Shown here in pieces: positions 63,501-64,000 of a stretch of DNA of 64,000 bases; positions within the stretch are counted from its first letter, which is position 1; every line of letters begins with the position of its first letter. The position numbers and the translations under genes are program-made. The DNA lies in NCBI GenBank assembly GCA_032718475.1, contig JAUCBJ010007863.1, positions 62,001 through 126,000 of the forward strand, given 5' to 3'. The stretch is from Nemertoderma westbladi (Eukaryota; Animalia; Xenacoelomorpha). The notes under the pieces were generated by a model. The model was not told the DNA's origin. It did no database searches and saw only the letters and a program-made list of their open reading frames with translations.

Positions 63501-63599
63501 ATAGGGGGGCAGTGGGAGAGTTGCCTGGAGGAGGAATCACCCCTTGGGTCGCTGAGTTGTCCAACAGGTTGGACTGGGATGGAAGAGTTAGATCCGTAA
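60579..63599 (+). CDS. E3 gag capsid, Zn knuckles, aspartic protease and decayed integrase C-terminal remnant
   Basis: 1006-aa ORF: PPVEPFKFDG, CQLH..H..C, CSRC..GH..C, LVDSGA, TPFGWTLTG, then ELTECEGALHGQ..KPLMPAHILRG (resembles the BEL integrase tail). No YxDD RT motif. Confidence 0.85.
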   Translation: MQTVGHTVGLTAHTIGHTERGNVGDRMAWTTGLNPEVAEYIPASRPEADRPIPVPAQQYDYSMQGHNIYPGEGGIIADRCMGPNILTSTPVPNIPVGGGQGDIPPSQYQQYTPIGARTTRPLDENRSCDTDIWRGPLPPMTYPSQRKSRNRTDGTHQTGETMQHPSNPLEAQAMGMATLIDALKTRIELPPVEPFKFDGSRPEEYLQFRRMYSNEILTKNLTQAECLKYLQVYTGGPAYDIVRQYQGIEGGFTTAWRALDREYGHPAKIIRQTLRGITSGGLQDNPVSIKTFANKVEKALIVLKTLDAPYELNASNNITTIAQALPNWLRNKWRKIAFSTRDKKGAEPGLEEMSNFLNYEAELITDPVYSEDSLGKGLKTDYHRPKPEHNTSNALPRLRQSLPYAATQGTASPQLAEDKTTSWNGQGNNNNTNKHNPSTSNRQNPNNKNSRDFGTNATAIRNALYKEGYDPKSKCQLHANALHQTMNCRYWQALPRQDQIDYAFSNKICSRCVMSGHRARECKEKPMKFGQRRGQTMATSTVGAKKRGTVLLGVVPVRVIGEGNRSVTTLMLVDSGAAFTLVEEWVAEEIGLRTRPSRMAVTTISSKDEILEMRTGRCAIAAVAPGCDYGATIDPIQVIESININARRPTNIEVEQYKFLDDIDFSIPDVDVRKVSIIVGMDCPTAHERMQTVFGEDKQSDPVAILTPFGWTLTGPIKSNIPFHVSESSGCMVPGTDEIEERPEMGNSGRQLEVEATPREWAEENGMDAEDLETMGWNKGPSKYRYGDGEERTVECREDKPGKCPVECPEERPEETPVRLRGIPTRGKPSKNTRWKGRRCEMIRPGAEKPMNKHMVDKGAGRVGGVLRTHAELTECEGALHGQTSCIPKDERGSLKPLMPAHILRGRPAEVASKIEEKNRGGIIPPGDTLKGGTLPPRDDHEIRNINNRQHLQKQEKRPPIELTRRAERRIREPIGGQWESCLEEESPLGSLSCPTGWTGMEELDP

Positions 63600-64000
63600 A
63601 AGGTGCGGGCAGAGGTGTTACCTGTCTATTAGAAGGGGCACCTTAGCAGAGTTAGAGAAAAGTTTAGTCGTCCAAGTTTTGGACTGAGGGGGGTGGGATT
63701 GAGGGCGAGACGCCCTTCCCACAAACAAAATAATAAAATAAAATAAAAAAAATAGTACATGGTAGGTATGCAGTTAGTAGGCAGAGAGTTAGTAAGAAGG
63801 TACGTAGTACCTAGTTAGTTAGTTAGTTAGGAGGTACGTAGTACCGCCAGTTAGAGAGTTAGTTAGAGGGTACGTAAGTACTGTTAGTTAGTTAGTTAGT
63901 TAGGAGGTACGTAGTACCGCCAGTTAGAGAGTTAGTTAGAGGGTACGTAAGTACCGTTAGTTAGTCAGAGAGTTAGAGGGTACGTAGTACCGCTAGTTAG

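Larger units (their letters stand above)
51572..64000 (+). mobile_element. Non-autonomous BEL-derived LTR element E3 (gag-protease), running off the window
   Basis: 5' LTR at 51572-52108 (TGTTAGC...CGTCACA) with the same terminal motifs as E1/E2. Gag homologous to E1/E2. Purine-rich repeat region from about 63760. Confidence 0.9.

Noticed and set aside
63760-64000. GTTAG-rich repeats as telomere sequence
   Set aside because: Not a regular TTAGG or TTAGGG array; equivalent tracts lie inside E1 and E2.

Overview
Eukaryotic, probably invertebrate, genomic DNA. Five minus-strand exons of an ABCA-subfamily transporter (end of NBD1, R1 domain, TM7, start of ECD2) join in frame across introns of up to about 24 kb. 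Three long tandem arrays (30, 67 and 23 bp units) are amplified copies of this gene's own exon/intron junctions, and a fourth (21/17 bp) looks donor-like. The introns also hold nested transposons: a hAT MITE, a piggyBac-type MITE, RTEX-like, RTE and L2/Crack-like LINEs, and an intact Mag-type Gypsy. There is also an older BEL/Pao element whose gag is followed by a decayed DEDDy 3'-5' exonuclease, and three diverged members of a non-autonomous BEL-derived family with no RT. The most striking signal is that these three elements lack a tRNA primer-binding site. In each, the 9-10 nt right after the 5' LTR are complementary, with compensatory changes, to a hairpin loop inside the LTR, which suggests self-primed reverse transcription. 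All family assignments are by-eye motif recognition; no database searches were run.
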